Assembly (NCBI GenBank): GCA_965214835.1
Contig: CBDCCK010000002.1
Span: 352,001 to 416,000 of the forward strand
Length of the DNA stretch: 64,000 bases
From: Nitrosopumilaceae archaeon
GTDB lineage: Archaea > Thermoproteota > Nitrososphaeria > Nitrososphaerales > Nitrosopumilaceae
Direction: 5' to 3'
Each line of letters starts with the position of its first letter. The first letter of the stretch is position 1. A model generated the notes under the pieces. The model was not told the origin of the DNA and ran no database searches. It saw only the letters and a program-made list of their open reading frames with translations. Shown here piece by piece: positions 61,960-64,000 of this stretch. The position numbers were made by a program, and so were the translations under genes.

Positions 61960-62829
61960 ATGAACATCCGTACGTCGTACATGCTAGCAACAGTTCTGTC
62001 CATGGCAGGAGTAATGGCAATCGTCCCTGCTTTTGCTTTAGAACAGGCTTGTCCAGGCTGTACTGAAGCTGAGGTATCAATGTCAGCTACCAAGCAGCTG
62101 ATGGGAGACATACCGGTTTTAGTGTGGACAGATGCAGAAGTATATGATCACAATTCCATCATAATGGTGGAGGGCACGGTAGCCAATATCAGGTCAGGAG
62201 TTCCAGTGACGATTACTGTGATTAACCCCACTAACAACATTGTTACCGCAGACCAAATAGATGTAAACAGTGATGGTACATACAGTACAACGCTGAACAC
62301 CGCAGGGAATTTGTGGAAATATGACGGCACATATACAATCAGAGTCCAATACGGTTCTCAAGATGTCAACAACAAGGTCCTAGTCGAATTAACGGGCGGC
62401 GTTGCCACACACATCAAACCAATAACACCCACAAGAGATTGTACCAGCACAGAGATATCAGTCGATGGTTACTGCATTCCATATACCATTACAGGCGGTT
62501 CAGTCACAGGTGCAAAAATCAATGCAGGAACGTCGATTGTGGTCATGATTAGCTCCACAGAGCCAGGCATGATTACACTTAGTCCGGCACCAAGTGTTTT
62601 CCGAGATTTGCAACTGGCATTTGTCGATGGTGAAGAGTGGGACGATGTGAAGGTGGAAGGAAATAATATCACAATTTACTTCCCGGCAGGGGCTGAAGAA
62701 GTTGAGATCGTCGGTAAGTTCGTAGTTCCAGAGTTTGGTACTATAGCAGCGCTGATCCTGGCAGTGGCGATTATCTCGATAATTGCAGTGTCTGCAAGAT
62801 CCAGACTCAGCATAATGCCGAAATACTAG
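61960..62829 (+). CDS. PEFG-CTERM surface protein
   Basis: Signal peptide, C-terminal VPEFG-TM. Confidence 0.92.
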   Translation: MNIRTSYMLATVLSMAGVMAIVPAFALEQACPGCTEAEVSMSATKQLMGDIPVLVWTDAEVYDHNSIIMVEGTVANIRSGVPVTITVINPTNNIVTADQIDVNSDGTYSTTLNTAGNLWKYDGTYTIRVQYGSQDVNNKVLVELTGGVATHIKPITPTRDCTSTEISVDGYCIPYTITGGSVTGAKINAGTSIVVMISSTEPGMITLSPAPSVFRDLQLAFVDGEEWDDVKVEGNNITIYFPAGAEEVEIVGKFVVPEFGTIAALILAVAIISIIAVSARSRLSIMPKY

Positions 62830-62897
62830 ACACCTTTTCTTTTTCATTTTTTAAAGTCAGCAGTAAAGGAAATATACAATAATTTGAGTAGAGATGT

Positions 62898-63722
62898 GTG
62901 TCACACCTAAAAGCGCTAGCGGCCTGCATGGCCTTGCTGTCAATCACAGTTCCGGCTTATGCGCAGTCCCTGATAGACGTGCAGGTGGTGGGAGACACGT
63001 TTACCGAGGGGGACGCGATAGTAATCTCCGGAAAGACGACGACTGTCATAAAGGACACGCAGGTGGCGCTGCAGATCCTGCTCGGGGATGGCAGCACAGC
63101 TTACGTTGCACAGATAACTCCGGCAGAGGACGGCAGTTTTACGGAGACAATCATAGCCAAGGGCAAATACTGGGAGAAAGACGGGGAGCGCATCGTGAGG
63201 GTGATATACGGTGCCGGGGACATATCGGAGACCACGTTTAACTTTGTAGCCAAGCACGAGACGGTGCCAATCGAGAATATCTTCGAAGTGCAGATCCCGG
63301 ACTCGACGTCAACTACGGACGTAAAGTACAGCATAGTCGGCGGGACCATCCAGGACATGATAATTGACAGGTCAAGATTCTCGCTCATCGTGGTGCTGGA
63401 TGCGGCCAGTTCAGGTGCCATGACGGTGGAGCTTCCGAGGGGTACAGTGGACGCAAGAACCGGAGGTTGTGAGGGAGGAGACGACATATTTATCGTATTA
63501 ATTGACGGAATAGAGGTTCCGTATCAAGAGATTCACGTCAGCTCCGATGAGAGAATAATCCAGATTGAGTTTGAGGGGGGGGATTCTGACGTTGAGGTAA
63601 TAGGAACCTGCATTGTTCCAGAATTCGGGGGAATTGCCATGGCGGTGTTAGCCGCCTCGATAATCGCCATAGTGCTTGTGTCAAGAAGATCGGCTGGACT
63701 GGCAGCTTGGCGGCAGTCATGA
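62898..63722 (+). CDS. PEFG-CTERM surface protein
   Basis: Signal peptide, C-terminal VPEFG-TM. Confidence 0.9.
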   Translation: MSHLKALAACMALLSITVPAYAQSLIDVQVVGDTFTEGDAIVISGKTTTVIKDTQVALQILLGDGSTAYVAQITPAEDGSFTETIIAKGKYWEKDGERIVRVIYGAGDISETTFNFVAKHETVPIENIFEVQIPDSTSTTDVKYSIVGGTIQDMIIDRSRFSLIVVLDAASSGAMTVELPRGTVDARTGGCEGGDDIFIVLIDGIEVPYQEIHVSSDERIIQIEFEGGDSDVEVIGTCIVPEFGGIAMAVLAASIIAIVLVSRRSAGLAAWRQS

Positions 63723-63801
63723 GACATGCCTGCACTCGTTCACGGGCTCTCGGACTTGCGTGCTGCACAACCATGCCTGAACGCGTAAAAGCAACTATAC
63801 T

Positions 63802-64000
63802 AGACCTTATGCGTAAACGAAATTAGCGGCGGTACCCCCGACACCCATGCTACAAAGAGAGGGCGCAGTAGTGACGGCACACACACACATGACGGTGCCT
63901 TGCAATGTTCAAAATATTTGATCAAAACCACAACTATTTTCAGACGATTGATTTAGATCTGGGATCCATTCTCGCACAAAAGTGATGGAAGTCCGAGACC
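63802..64000 (+). mobile_element. Left end of a second copy of the IS5-family element (continues beyond window)
   Basis: agaccttatgcgtaaacgaaattagcggcg and aaaatatttgatcaaaaccacaactattttcagacgattgatttagatc match 26992-27186. Confidence 0.9.

Overview
This is a chromosomal segment of an ammonia-oxidising archaeon (Thaumarchaeota/Nitrososphaerota, Nitrosopumilaceae-like). The assignment rests on an unsplit RpoA, PEFG-CTERM and CFI-box-CTERM surface proteins, and a thaumarchaeal gene order. Core genes include rlmE, trm1, rnhB, fibrillarin/nop5, pyrD/pyrK, radA, rpl21e-rpo4-DUF655-ksgA, rpl30e-nusA-rps12-rps7 and rpoH-B-A. Between rpoA and rpl30e lies about 25 kb holding a complete urease system (ureABC, divergent ureEFGD, two DUR3-type urea transporters, USP proteins) and several mobile elements. 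The intergenic DNA is rich in MITEs of at least three families and in pseudogenes. The most striking object is a 5.08-kb IS6-family cargo transposon (26331-31409) with 21-bp TIRs and a perfect 8-bp target duplication, GCCCGTCC. It carries (i) a well-folded non-canonical tRNA with an Ile anticodon (UAU) on a Ser-like body (long variable arm, G73), (ii) a type II-like restriction-modification pair whose methyltransferase is frameshifted at a G9 tract, and (iii) two small proteins. Its transposase is interrupted by a nested IS5-family element. All calls come from reading the sequence and supplied ORFs. No database searches were run.
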